A stretch of DNA of 64,000 nucleotides from Candidatus Marinacidobacterales bacterium (GTDB lineage Bacteria; Acidobacteriota; Vicinamibacteria; Marinacidobacterales; SMYC01), in assembly GCA_965237955.1 (NCBI GenBank), contig OZ250169.1, positions 6,560,001 to 6,624,000 of the forward strand, given 5' to 3'. Position numbers and translations under genes: made by a program. Positions 9,840 to 19,314 of this stretch are shown here, in pieces. Under the pieces are notes generated by a model. That model had not been told where the DNA came from. It saw nothing but the letters and a program-made list of their open reading frames with translations, and searched no databases. Positions within the stretch are counted from its first letter, which is position 1. Each line of letters opens with the position of its first letter.

Positions 9840-10379
9840 TCACCGTTCGTCGAAGTGGACGGCAGCAAAACGCAAAATGACGGTTTCCGGGTCCTTCCAG
9901 CTTTCCGGCTTCAAACCGGCTTTGATGCACGTCTCAGCGAGAAAGCGCTCGCGATCCCAATTCCGCTCGGTGGCGACCTGAGGCAACAAGAGGCCTCGCG
10001 CGCCGTCTCGTTCGATGACGAGGCCATGGCGGCCGATTTCGATCTCCCCGACTTCGTCGACCGGGACTGGTTCCGCCAACACCGAAATGCTGATTCGGAT
10101 CCGCGATAGCTCATCCGCTTCGACGCCATGGAACCTCGGGTCGTCGGTCGCGGCAGCGACAACGGCGCGCGCGGTTCTCTTCTGCAGATCGATATTGGGA
10201 AGGACGTAGCCAATACATCCTCGTAGCTCACCGTCGCGTTTCAACGTCGCGAACACACCTCCAACACCGTTCGGTGATCGGACCGCTGTCGACGGCGCTT
10301 CCGTTGCAACCCCGAAGTGGGTTTCGAGCGCGTGGCGGGCCAGGCGCAACAGCTCTCGTCCCTCCTGTTCGGTTAGCAT
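9840..10379 (-). CDS. amrA: AmmeMemoRadiSam system protein A (AMMECR1 family)
   Basis: GVFATLK..GELRGCIG, DPRF, GRHGL, GLLLPQVA, CIKAGL. Confidence 0.95.
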   Translation of the reverse strand: MLTEQEGRELLRLARHALETHFGVATEAPSTAVRSPNGVGGVFATLKRDGELRGCIGYVLPNIDLQKRTARAVVAAATDDPRFHGVEADELSRIRISISVLAEPVPVDEVGEIEIGRHGLVIERDGARGLLLPQVATERNWDRERFLAETCIKAGLKPESWKDPETVILRFAAVHFDER

Positions 10380-10381
10380 CG

Positions 10382-11215
10382 CTACGAGACCCTGTTATGA
10401 AACGCTGCCGACACGTAGCCGACGACACCGTCGGTATCGCCGGTGACATCACCGGAGTCGCCGTAAGCGAGGACGTTCGCATCACTCGCACCCAGGGCCC
10501 GGGCCGCGGTTAGCACCGCGACCATCGGCCCACCACCACACGCGTGATGGGGATTCGTCAATAGCAGTTGCTCGAGACCAAAAACGTCGAACTGCTCGAG
10601 GCAACGTACGACCATCCCATCCAGCCGACTCGCCTCGGCGCGCGATTCGTAGTGCGACAGGTCGGAGCTCGCAATCATGAGCACGGTGCGACGCGACTCC
10701 GCGATCACTTGTTGGAGTGCGCGGGCGGCAGCCGCGATCGTGGCGGGCGTTTGGTATCCCATCAGTACGGGTGCCACGGGAACGCTCGGAAGAAACCGCT
10801 GCAGGAGGGGTAGCTGCACCTCCAGGCTGTGCTCGAGCTCGTGAGGCGCCCTCGCCGCGCGGACGTTCGGATCCGCCTCGGCCAGTGCCGACGCAAGCTC
10901 TTCATCGATGCGAACCGTTCCGAGCGGGGTTTCGATGGCGCCGTCCGGGATCACGGCAAGACCAACGCCCCCGCGGTGGCATGGCCCGAGCAACAGGACG
11001 GCGTCGAAGCGCGCACCCTCCAAGAGGCGATACCCTGCCGCCGCTATGCGGCCGGAGTAGATGAGCCCGGCATGCGGTGAGACCAAAGCGATGAGCTTAC
11101 CGGGGATATCGGCGCGCGGTGCGTCGTTCACCAAACGATCGACCAGCGCCCTGAGCTCGTGCGGGTCGCCCGGATACCATGTTCCGGCGATTTGTGATTT
11201 GCGTGCTTCGGTCAT
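10382..11215 (-). CDS. amrB: AmmeMemoRadiSam system protein B (MEMO1 family)
   Basis: AGTWYP, PHAGLIYSG, EHSLEVQLP, ASSDLSHY, ACGGGP, SGDVTGD..VVGY. Confidence 0.95.
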   Translation of the reverse strand: MTEARKSQIAGTWYPGDPHELRALVDRLVNDAPRADIPGKLIALVSPHAGLIYSGRIAAAGYRLLEGARFDAVLLLGPCHRGGVGLAVIPDGAIETPLGTVRIDEELASALAEADPNVRAARAPHELEHSLEVQLPLLQRFLPSVPVAPVLMGYQTPATIAAAARALQQVIAESRRTVLMIASSDLSHYESRAEASRLDGMVVRCLEQFDVFGLEQLLLTNPHHACGGGPMVAVLTAARALGASDANVLAYGDSGDVTGDTDGVVGYVSAAFHNRVS

Positions 11216-11808
11216 TTAACCCGTTGGATGAGAGCATAGGTGCCGAGCCCGACGCCGAGCACGAGCAGCGTGCCTATTAGAACGCCGGTCGCATTCTCGC
11301 GTAAGTAAGTGATTGCGATCTCACCGTAGCGGACGGCCAGGAATGCTTCGCCGAAGTAGCGAAAGCTGCGGCCCAACAGGATCGCCACCAGAAACCTCGA
11401 GTACGGAAGACCCAGCACACCGGACGACAGAACGAAAATCTTGAACGGAAACGGAGGCGGCAAGATGGCGGGAACGGCGACGGCCAACGCACCGTAGCGG
11501 CGGAACAACTTGAAGACCGAATCGATCTTGCCGTCAGAGAACTTGTTCTTGAGAAAGCTGTAACCCTTCCAGCGCGCGAGCCAGTACAGAAGGCTAGCGC
11601 CCAACGCGGAGCCGAGCACCGTCATGAAAGCGTAGTAGTACGCTTTGTCGGAGAATTGGGTGCCGCAATAGATCAACAAAACATCGTTGATCTCGGGAAG
11701 CGACAGCAGGGACGAGTCGAAAAACGCTACGATAAACAGACCGAAGCCCGCGGCAACGCTCCCCAGACCACGTACCGTGTGCTCGAGATATTCGGCGATG
11801 CTGCCCAT
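11212..11808 (-). CDS. DedA/YqaA (VTT-domain) membrane protein
   Basis: LFIVAFFDSS, GSALG, PPPFPFKIFV, GRSFRY. Confidence 0.85.
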   Translation of the reverse strand: MGSIAEYLEHTVRGLGSVAAGFGLFIVAFFDSSLLSLPEINDVLLIYCGTQFSDKAYYYAFMTVLGSALGASLLYWLARWKGYSFLKNKFSDGKIDSVFKLFRRYGALAVAVPAILPPPFPFKIFVLSSGVLGLPYSRFLVAILLGRSFRYFGEAFLAVRYGEIAITYLRENATGVLIGTLLVLGVGLGTYALIQRVK

Positions 11809-11833
11809 TCCGACACCGCCGGCATTATAGGCG

Positions 11834-13438
11834 CTACTCGAGTCGGACGGAAATCCAGAGAAAACTGGACGCTTGCCCGCGGGCAACGCGCTCGATACGA
11901 AGGAGCAAATCGCCACCCTCGGCGACGTCGGTAATGAGGCGCTGCAAATCCTCAGTGTTCTTAACGGGCTCACGGTTGGCCTCGATGATGATGTCGCCAC
12001 GTCTGAGGCCCGCATCTTCAGCGGGACCGGTCGGATCGACCGCCATGAGCACGACGCCGGAGCTCGACGTCGCTCCGAGCTCACTCGCCATCTCGCGCGT
12101 CAGGTTCTGTCCGCTGATGCCGAGACGTCCCGGCTCCTCGGGACTCGACTCCTCGCTAGCGCGAATATCAGTGTCGATGGTGCGAAGCGCCATGGCGACC
12201 TCGCCCGTACGCAGCTCGCCTTCGCGGAAGTACTTCACCGGAACGCTCTGACCGGGGCGCACGTCGGCGACGAGGTGCACCAAGTGTTTGTTCGACTCGA
12301 CAGGCACGCCGTTGAACTCGACAATGATATCGCCGGCTTGAAGCCCGGCCTTCGCTGCCGGCGAGTCGTCTCCCAGCAGTTCCGAGACGAGAGCACCCTT
12401 CGTTCCTTCGAGACCGAAGCTTCGAGCAAGCTCGGGCGTCAAGTTCTGGATGCTCACGCCGAGCCAGCCGCGCGTGACCTTACCGTCGGAGACGAGTTGG
12501 TCGTATACCCTCTTTGTCATGTCGGACGGGATGGCAAAGCCGATACCCATGCTGCCACCCGAGTTCGAGATGATGTTGGAGTTGATACCGATGACTTCGG
12601 CTCTCATGTTCACGAGAGGTCCACCGGAGTTTCCAGGGTTGATCGCCGCGTCGGTCTGGATGAAATCGTCGTAATAGCCCTGGCCGATAAGACGGCCTTT
12701 GGCGCTGATAATGCCGGCGGTCACGGTGTGCCCGAAACCGAATGGATTCCCCATCGCAAGCACCCACTCGCCGACGACAACGTCTTTCGAGCTACCGAAA
12801 CCGACGTAGGAGAAGGTCGTGTCCGAGTCCGAGTCCGCGCGGATGCGTAGCACGGCGAGATCGGTCGCCGGATCGGTCCCTACGACTTCGGCAGGAAAGC
12901 GCCGTTCGTCGGAGAATTGCACTTCGATCTCTTCGGCGTTCTCGATCACGTGGTTGTTGGTAACGATATAGCCGCGGGGATCGACGATGACACCCGAGCC
13001 CAAGCTGCGGCGTCTTCGCTGCGGCTGATCACGGAAGAACCGCTCGAAGAACTCGTCGAAGGGGCTTCCCGACGGAGGCTGGCTGAGCGTCGTCTCGGAT
13101 CCTCCCTCAGTAAAGATGTTGACGACGGCGGGCTCGAGCTCCTCGGCGACTCGAGCAAAGGCCTTGGAGAGAGCAGTAACGCCGGGAAGCTCGTCCGCGT
13201 CGACGTGGTTTTCGGGCGGCGTAAGCCTCGACGCGGCTTGCACCGGTGCCGGTTGATCACGTCCATCACGTTCCGTCTGTGTCGGCGCCGATGCCGCCGG
13301 AACCACTTTGGCTTCCGTGGCGTGGGGCCCCACCGCAACCACAAGCGCGATGAGCATACCCGTCAGGCCCAAGGCCAGCGCGACAACACGCCCGGCACCC
13401 AAACTTCGGCGGCGTGTTTCATGAGACTCGGTCGTCAT
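11834..13438 (-). CDS. DegP/DegQ (HtrA) serine protease with two PDZ domains
   Basis: SLGSGVI, TNNHV, DLAVL, IQTDAAINPGNSGG, two PDZ domains. Confidence 0.96.
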   Translation of the reverse strand: MTTESHETRRRSLGAGRVVALALGLTGMLIALVVAVGPHATEAKVVPAASAPTQTERDGRDQPAPVQAASRLTPPENHVDADELPGVTALSKAFARVAEELEPAVVNIFTEGGSETTLSQPPSGSPFDEFFERFFRDQPQRRRRSLGSGVIVDPRGYIVTNNHVIENAEEIEVQFSDERRFPAEVVGTDPATDLAVLRIRADSDSDTTFSYVGFGSSKDVVVGEWVLAMGNPFGFGHTVTAGIISAKGRLIGQGYYDDFIQTDAAINPGNSGGPLVNMRAEVIGINSNIISNSGGSMGIGFAIPSDMTKRVYDQLVSDGKVTRGWLGVSIQNLTPELARSFGLEGTKGALVSELLGDDSPAAKAGLQAGDIIVEFNGVPVESNKHLVHLVADVRPGQSVPVKYFREGELRTGEVAMALRTIDTDIRASEESSPEEPGRLGISGQNLTREMASELGATSSSGVVLMAVDPTGPAEDAGLRRGDIIIEANREPVKNTEDLQRLITDVAEGGDLLLRIERVARGQASSFLWISVRLE

Positions 13439-13514
13439 TTACATCTCCAATTGATTAGGCCAATTAGGTCAAGACCCATCCGTTTCACCCATTATAGCAA
13501 TAGCGTCGCAGAGG

Positions 13515-13925
13515 TCAGAACCGAAGGTTGACGCCGACGCTCATTTGGTTCGCGGTCATGTCGAAACGGCCGAAGCCTCGGAAATCGCCCCCGTGGGTTC
13601 CGCGCGCCTAGTGACGACGGTACTCGGCGAACACATACGCGAGCTCGCTCAGCCCGACCTCGGCGCCACCGCCGAGATAGCCTCCGTACGCGACCCCGCG
13701 ATCGATGAACAGATCGCCCCCGATGTCGAATGTGTCGAAATCGACGAACTCCCCATCCTCCCGGTACTCGTACAGGTAGAATCCCGCACCGCCGGTGACG
13801 TAGGGGAAGACGCGGCGAAGCTTCCCGATTGGCAAGACCTGAACTCCAGCCGTGACAGGCGTCGTCCGGACCGTCAGGTCCTGCAAGATTTCGCTACCGT
13901 CTTCGAAAACGAAACCGCGGTAGTT
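13515..13925 (-). pseudogene. Outer-membrane beta-barrel protein fragment with in-frame TAG
   Basis: PYVTGGAGFY...GGYLGGGAEV...FAEYRRH*ARG...SVGVNLRF (C-terminal Phe beta-signal); no start codon or signal peptide. Confidence 0.75.
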
Positions 13926-14015
13926 GCCAGCGGTTTTGGAGTTTTCGAGGAGAGAACGTCCTGGAAAAGGGACAGTTTTGTTGATGGGAAGGGCGGTTCA
14001 GCCTACCGCGGTTTC

Positions 14016-14116
14016 GCCATCGGCCGTCCGCTATCCGCCATAGGCTCGATGCTACCCGAGCGGGTCACCGCGAGCCTCGATCGACTGAGTCCAGCTGATG
14101 GCCGACGGCTGACGGC
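14016..14116. repeat. Palindromic element with inverted heptamer-repeat arms
   Basis: gccatcggccgtccgctatccgccatag...agctgatggccgacggctgacggc; similar to 55684-55820. Confidence 0.7.
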
Positions 14117-14130
14117 GGCATGCTTCGCAT

Positions 14131-14895
14131 TCACGAAAGAATGCGAAGCATGCCATCGTGAATGCGCCCGTTCGAAGCGACAATCCCCTTCTGCTGGTAG
14201 TGAAACGGCCCCCCGCTCAGATCCGTCACCTGCCCACCCGCCTCCTGAACGATGAGCGCACCGGCCGCGGTATCCCACGGTCCGAGCTTTTCTTCCCAGA
14301 ACCCGTCTAAGCGCCCACAAGCGACGTAGCACAAGTCCAATGCAGCCGAACCGTCTCGCCGGATCGCGCGCGCCGTGCCCATGAAACGCTTGAAGAGACG
14401 AAGATTGCCCTCGAGGTCATCGTTGAGGTCGTAGGGAAACCCGGTGACGAGAAGTGCCTGTGGGAGCATTTCCACAATGGACACCTCGAGCTTCGTGCCG
14501 TTGAGAAATGCGCCGCGCCCGCTCTCCCCGGTGAAGAGCTCCTCGTGGATGGGATCGTAGACGACGCCGGCACGCACGCGGCTGTTTTCTTCGTATCCGA
14601 TGGACACGGCAAACATCGGATACGAATGTGCGAAGTTCGTGGTGCCGTCGAGTGGATCGACAACGAAGCGCCGCGCTTCGTCGCGGTCGCTCACCCCGCT
14701 CTCCTCGGCGAGGATGGAGACGCCAGGCATGCGCGATCTCAGAATCGAGAGCACTTCGGCTTCGGATTCTGTATCGGCTTGAGTGACGAGGTCGAGCTCG
14801 CCCTTGAACGCGATGCGAAACTCACCGCCGTAGTAGGACTTCAGGATCGACCCGCCGGCGAGTGCGGCTTCGATGGCAACGGAGAGAGCTTTCAT
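14131..14895 (-). CDS. suhB: Inositol monophosphatase family protein
   Basis: DLVTQAD, AEES, VDPLDGTTNFAH, GSAALDLCYVA, PWDTAAG. Confidence 0.93.
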   Translation of the reverse strand: MKALSVAIEAALAGGSILKSYYGGEFRIAFKGELDLVTQADTESEAEVLSILRSRMPGVSILAEESGVSDRDEARRFVVDPLDGTTNFAHSYPMFAVSIGYEENSRVRAGVVYDPIHEELFTGESGRGAFLNGTKLEVSIVEMLPQALLVTGFPYDLNDDLEGNLRLFKRFMGTARAIRRDGSAALDLCYVACGRLDGFWEEKLGPWDTAAGALIVQEAGGQVTDLSGGPFHYQQKGIVASNGRIHDGMLRILS

Positions 14896-14929
14896 TCAAG
14901 GCATTCAAGGGCGGGTTTACGCGTCATCT

Positions 14930-15382
14930 TCATTCTGAGTCGTCAGGGCCGTCGCCATCCGCCTCGAGTCGTTTGACCATGGTGACGCGCGTACCCCGGT
15001 TCGGCTCGAAGTCGTACGTGACCTCGTCCATGAAGTTCTTCATGAAGAAGATGCCCCGGCCGCTCGCGCGAAGCAGGTTCTCCTCGGCCAGCGGATCGGG
15101 AATGTCCCCCGGGTCGAAACCCTCGCCCTCATCTTCGACCGAGACACTGAGCGCGTGCTCGTCGACTTCGAAGCGAATGATGACTCGCTTCTCCGAATCG
15201 AGCTTGTTGCCGTGACGAACCGCGTTCGTCACCGACTCACGGATGGCGACGCTCATCCAATGCGACACGTCCGCATCGAAGCCGAGCTGCGAAGAAAGCG
15301 ACGCGAACACGACTTGCACCAAGTCGACCATCTCGAAACTACTCTGGATGTCGATTTCGACGCAGTTGCTCTTCGTCGCCAA
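14930..15382 (-). CDS. Anti-sigma factor Ser kinase (RsbW-like HATPase)
   Basis: AIRESVTNAVRHGN, DEGEGFDP, SGRGIFFM; TTG start after GGAGG. Confidence 0.9.
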   Translation of the reverse strand: MATKSNCVEIDIQSSFEMVDLVQVVFASLSSQLGFDADVSHWMSVAIRESVTNAVRHGNKLDSEKRVIIRFEVDEHALSVSVEDEGEGFDPGDIPDPLAEENLLRASGRGIFFMKNFMDEVTYDFEPNRGTRVTMVKRLEADGDGPDDSE

Positions 15383-15473
15383 GATTCCTCCGGCCGCGTA
15401 CGCTACAAGATTCGCGCACTTGTGACAAGCGCTCGCTCGCCCGGCTTCGAGCTCACATGCTACCATTTTAGCA

Positions 15474-16751
15474 ATGACACCCCACCTCAGGGTTCGTTTG
15501 CGGGGACGAATGACCCCGCCGGGAGACAAGTCTGTCGGACACCGGCTGGCATTGATGGGCGCGATCGCAAGCGGTCGCACTCGCATCAATGGATTTCCCC
15601 CGGGCCAAGACTGCAGGCGATCGATTTCGCTCGTCGAGGCGCTTGGCGTCGACGCCAGAATCGACGGGACCACTTTGACTATAGAAGGCGTCGATGCAAA
15701 CGGATTGAAATGCCCGGTCGCCAATCTCGACGCCGGGAACTCGGGCACCACCGCACGGTTGGCGTGCGGCCTTCTCGCGCCGCAACCGTTCGCGAGCCGT
15801 CTCGTCGGAGACGAAAGCCTGTCCCAACGCCCGTTCGACCGCGTGGTGACACCCCTGGCGGAAATGGGAGCCTTGCTCGAAACGACTGGGGGAAAACTAC
15901 CGGTCACGATCCGGGGAGGGCAGGAGCTTCACGGGATCGACTACCAGCTCCCGGTTCCCAGCGCGCAAGTCAAGACCGCGGTCCTTCTCGCCGGTCTCTA
16001 CGCCAGCGGAACGACACGTGTTCGAGAGACGCTCCCCTCCCGCAACCACACCGAGATCGCGCTCGGCGGTTTCGGAGTCGAGCTCGAAGAAGAGGGCGGT
16101 TCGGTGGCGGTGTCCGGCGGGAGCCGTTTGACCGCGGGTCATTTCCGAATTCCAGGTGATTTTTCTTCAGCGGCGTTTTTCATCGCGGCCGCAGCGTGCA
16201 TGCCCGGATCGGATCTCGTCGTCGAGAACGTCAGCTTGAACGAAACTCGCACCGCGCTTCTCGACGTGCTCGCCGACATGGGGGCCGCGATCGAAGTGGA
16301 GCCGGACGCGAGCGCGCCGGACCGAGAGCCCGTCGGCACCATCCGTGTGCGCGGTCGGACCCTTCGCGGCACGACGGTGTCGCCGGAACGACTCCCCGCC
16401 ATGATCGACGAGGTTCCTATTCTCGCCGTGGCGGCGACCCAGGCGGAAGGCTCGACGACAGTCGATGGAGCGTCCGAGCTTCGGGTGAAAGAAAGCGACC
16501 GTCTCGCCGCCATCGTCGGAGGACTACGCGCTCTCGGCGCGGACGTCGAAGAGCGCGAGAGCGGTCTCACCGTCCACGGAGGCCAGAAGCTCGGTCCGGC
16601 GTCACTCCGCAGCTTTGGAGACCACCGCATGGTCATGGCCTGGGCAATTGCCTCGCTACTCGTCGACGGAGACTGTACAATTGATCATCTGGACCAGGTG
16701 AAGATCTCGTATCCCGGGTTTGGGGAGACTCTCGACCGGCTCGTCAAATAA
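15474..16751 (+). CDS. aroA: 3-phosphoshikimate 1-carboxyvinyltransferase
   Basis: PGDKS, DAGNSGTTARL, SAQVK, RNHTE, ELRVKESDR, DHRM. Confidence 0.98.
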   Translation: MTPHLRVRLRGRMTPPGDKSVGHRLALMGAIASGRTRINGFPPGQDCRRSISLVEALGVDARIDGTTLTIEGVDANGLKCPVANLDAGNSGTTARLACGLLAPQPFASRLVGDESLSQRPFDRVVTPLAEMGALLETTGGKLPVTIRGGQELHGIDYQLPVPSAQVKTAVLLAGLYASGTTRVRETLPSRNHTEIALGGFGVELEEEGGSVAVSGGSRLTAGHFRIPGDFSSAAFFIAAAACMPGSDLVVENVSLNETRTALLDVLADMGAAIEVEPDASAPDREPVGTIRVRGRTLRGTTVSPERLPAMIDEVPILAVAATQAEGSTTVDGASELRVKESDRLAAIVGGLRALGADVEERESGLTVHGGQKLGPASLRSFGDHRMVMAWAIASLLVDGDCTIDHLDQVKISYPGFGETLDRLVK

Positions 16752-16767
16752 CGGGGAATAACTGGCG

Positions 16768-17277
16768 ATGCAGTGGTTTTTCCTCGTTGGGTTCATGGGA
16801 GCGGGGAAGACGACGCTGGGCTCGCAGGTCGCCGAGAGATTGACGCTTCCCTTCTTCGACTTGGACGCGCGCATCGAGCTCGACGCTGGAATCAGTATTC
16901 GGGAGATTTTCGAGACCGAAGGGGAACGAGGCTTTCGCGAACGTGAAACGACCATGCTAAGGAAACTCATCGCAACCGGGCCCGCCGGGGTCATCGCGAC
17001 CGGCGGCGGGGCGTTCACCCTCGAGGAAAATCGCGATATCATGAACGAAGCTGGAGTTTCGGTATGGCTCGACGTCCCCATCGACGAGATCGTCACCCGA
17101 ATAGGTGGCGCCGAGCGTCCGCTCTGGAAAAGCGAAGCGGACGTCCGCGCTCTTGCGGAACGAAGAAAAAAAGATTACCGTTTGGCCAACCATCACCTCG
17201 AGCTCAAAACGGGCTCGACGGACGACGGCGCGGCGCATCTTTATGAGCTTCTAGCTCCTAATCGCGGCGACTCGTGA
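16768..17277 (+). CDS. aroK: Shikimate kinase
   Basis: LVGFMGAGKTT, DLD, GERGFRERE, ATGGG. Confidence 0.95.
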   Translation: MQWFFLVGFMGAGKTTLGSQVAERLTLPFFDLDARIELDAGISIREIFETEGERGFRERETTMLRKLIATGPAGVIATGGGAFTLEENRDIMNEAGVSVWLDVPIDEIVTRIGGAERPLWKSEADVRALAERRKKDYRLANHHLELKTGSTDDGAAHLYELLAPNRGDS

Positions 17278-17440
17278 AGTATCTGGTTTCTAGTTCTAAG
17301 CGACATTCACTCCAATCTGGAACAAGAAGTGGGCGATGACGATCTACCGCGTAGCCTACCGCTACGACAAGACCGCGGACAAAATCCGCGCCGCCGGACT
17401 TCCGGCCCCGCTCGCGGACCGCCTGGCCCTCGGAAGATAA
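17274..17440 (+). pseudogene. Metallophosphoesterase remnant with large internal deletion
   Basis: N-terminal MKYLV..SDIHSNLE joined to C-terminal IYRVAYRYDKTADKIRAAGLPAPLADRLALGR*. Confidence 0.75.
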
Positions 17441-17571
17441 CTCGCCTTTTTTCTCTGTTAGAATCCTAACAAGAGGCGGGCCAAAAACTAACGAAGCCCT
17501 CGGTGCTGGCGGGCGGGGGCCAACACCCAGGGCTTCTTGAGGCGGGCAGTTCTTTTTATTGTGGGGGAAAT

Positions 17572-17943
17572 CTATTCATTGACAGCGCGATTGATCGCTC
17601 TTCGCAGGCCGTGTTCGCCTTCGCCACGTCCCTCCTCAGAGGGCGTGGTTCCGAACCGCAGGACGAAGCGACCTCCCGTCGACAGCGAGAGGTTGTCAAT
17701 GAGCTTGCGTGTCAAATCCTGCCACCGCCAGCTTCGCTTCCTTCCCAGGAGGCCCCGGATAGCTTTCCGGAGCTCCTGATCGGCGGCAGAGTACGTGACT
17801 TCGCCTTCGGCGGCACGAATGCCGATATGGAAGCGAATCTTGCCTACGCGCTCCGATCCACGGTAAATGCCAATTCCGAATTCCTGCTTGTCGAGCAATG
17901 CCATCGTCGCCATTTCGCTGACTCCTTCGTTAGGGCCCGGCAT
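17572..17943 (-). CDS. Hypothetical protein
   Basis: 123-aa ORF; alternative start at MATMALL follows AAGGAG; no recognisable motif. Confidence 0.45.
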   Translation of the reverse strand: MPGPNEGVSEMATMALLDKQEFGIGIYRGSERVGKIRFHIGIRAAEGEVTYSAADQELRKAIRGLLGRKRSWRWQDLTRKLIDNLSLSTGGRFVLRFGTTPSEEGRGEGEHGLRRAINRAVNE

Positions 17944-17985
17944 TTTCAGGTCCCGTCAGAGTTTGTTACGTGTGTTAGTGCCTCA

Positions 17986-18118
17986 CTAGTCCACTGGATT
18001 TTTGATTACTATACAAAGTTAGGATTTTCGCTAGCCCATAATATTCATAAGATTCATGCACTTAGAATGGTTTCGGCAAGCTCTGCTTTATCTAGTTTGT
18101 TCTGATACAGTGGACTAG
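17986..18118 (+). mobile_element. ~133-bp MITE, copy 1
   Basis: AT-rich; inverted ends CTAGTCCACTG...CAGTGGACTAG; near-identical to 29704-29836 and 62047-62209. Confidence 0.92.
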
Positions 18119-18329
18119 TGCGCAAGATCTGTGCCCAAGAACTCGTTTCGCTCGACTACAGAATAGGGGGGTGTGATCCGGCGAACCACTAGGTGTGGTA
18201 GTAGTTATGCCGCTCTAGAGTGACAACATTGAAAAGCGAATCGCTAATTTTTATGCAATTGTAGGAATTTCCCTACTGCCAGCTGGGGGTATCTCCCCTC
18301 TTGCGCTGTAAGCTCCTTACGCCACTCCA

Positions 18330-19277
18330 CTAGCGGGCATTCATCAGATCGATGGCAAAACCCCACACCGCTTCCGGGGAAGCCCCCGCACTGGCGATGT
18401 GGACATAGGGTCCGCGGGGAGCCCATTGGGTAGGATCGGTGGCGCGGAACAGAGCGACCGTAGGAGCGCCCACGGCCGCCGCAAGATGGCTCACCCCGGA
18501 ATCGTTCCCGACGAAGACGGCACAAGCAGCCACAACGGCGGCGAGCTCCTCGAGCGGGAGCTCGCGCGAGAGACGACCAGGCACGAGGCGCGCAAGGTCA
18601 GACACGACGCTCTCGTCCGCCTCACCCTGAATCCAAACGACGTCGAGCCCAGCCGCACGCGCAAGCCGGGCCAGCCCCTCGAAGTGCTCCGATGCCCAAT
18701 TCTTGCTCGCGCTCCCGCTCGACGGATGTATCGCCACGAACTTCGGCGGGAATCCGGTAATGCCTTCGCGGATTTGGATGCTCGGCAACGGTGCTGGCCC
18801 GTTGATCCCTAGCGGTTCGAGGGCCTGCATCAGGTGGTCGCTCGCGTGAACCCCGTCGGGGGGCAGAGGAGTCGACTGGATGAGCTCGATCCCGAGCCCC
18901 TCCAACTTCGCCGCCAAAAGAGGCATCCGCGACCACGCCACCACCCGATCGAATCCCCCGAGAAAATCAAGAAGCTCCGCCTCTTCGGCACCATCCTGAA
19001 AGAGCGCACCGAACATCGCCCGATCGACCGAATGGGTCCGAACAGCGAGTCCAGGCCCAAGCGCAAGCTCAACGTAAGGAGCCGTCCCCACCACCTCGAC
19101 ACGAGCCGCCCTGCGACTAAGAGCCGCGATCGCAGGAAGCGCAACAATCGTGTCCCCCAACGCCCCGGACCGGATAACGAGAACACGCTCCCGCTCCCCC
19201 CGCCCCCGATCGCATGCGTCACTCCGTCGCCCAACCCCCTGCCCCTGCCCGAAAGCATTCCCGCGAAATGGGCTCAT
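18330..19277 (-). CDS. GT9-family LPS heptosyltransferase
   Basis: RVLVIRSGALGD, IHPSSGSASKNW, FVGNDSGVSHLAAAVG, WAPRG; start uncertain. Confidence 0.9.
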   Translation of the reverse strand: MSPFRGNAFGQGQGVGRRSDACDRGRGERERVLVIRSGALGDTIVALPAIAALSRRAARVEVVGTAPYVELALGPGLAVRTHSVDRAMFGALFQDGAEEAELLDFLGGFDRVVAWSRMPLLAAKLEGLGIELIQSTPLPPDGVHASDHLMQALEPLGINGPAPLPSIQIREGITGFPPKFVAIHPSSGSASKNWASEHFEGLARLARAAGLDVVWIQGEADESVVSDLARLVPGRLSRELPLEELAAVVAACAVFVGNDSGVSHLAAAVGAPTVALFRATDPTQWAPRGPYVHIASAGASPEAVWGFAIDLMNAR

Positions 19278-19308
19278 GCGCAGGCCTTTTTTAGTCGGGC
19301 ACGGGCGC
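19236..19308. repeat. Hexamer-repeat palindromic element (CTGCCC...GGGCAC)
   Basis: cccctgcccctgcccg...ggctcat...ttttttagtcgggcacgggc; resembles the ends of 39245-39393. Confidence 0.6.
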
Positions 19309-19314
19309 GAAAAT

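Noticed and set aside
17503-18105. 200-aa plus-strand ORF sharing a C-terminus with 29548-29823
   Set aside because: The shared peptide is just translation through the MITE.
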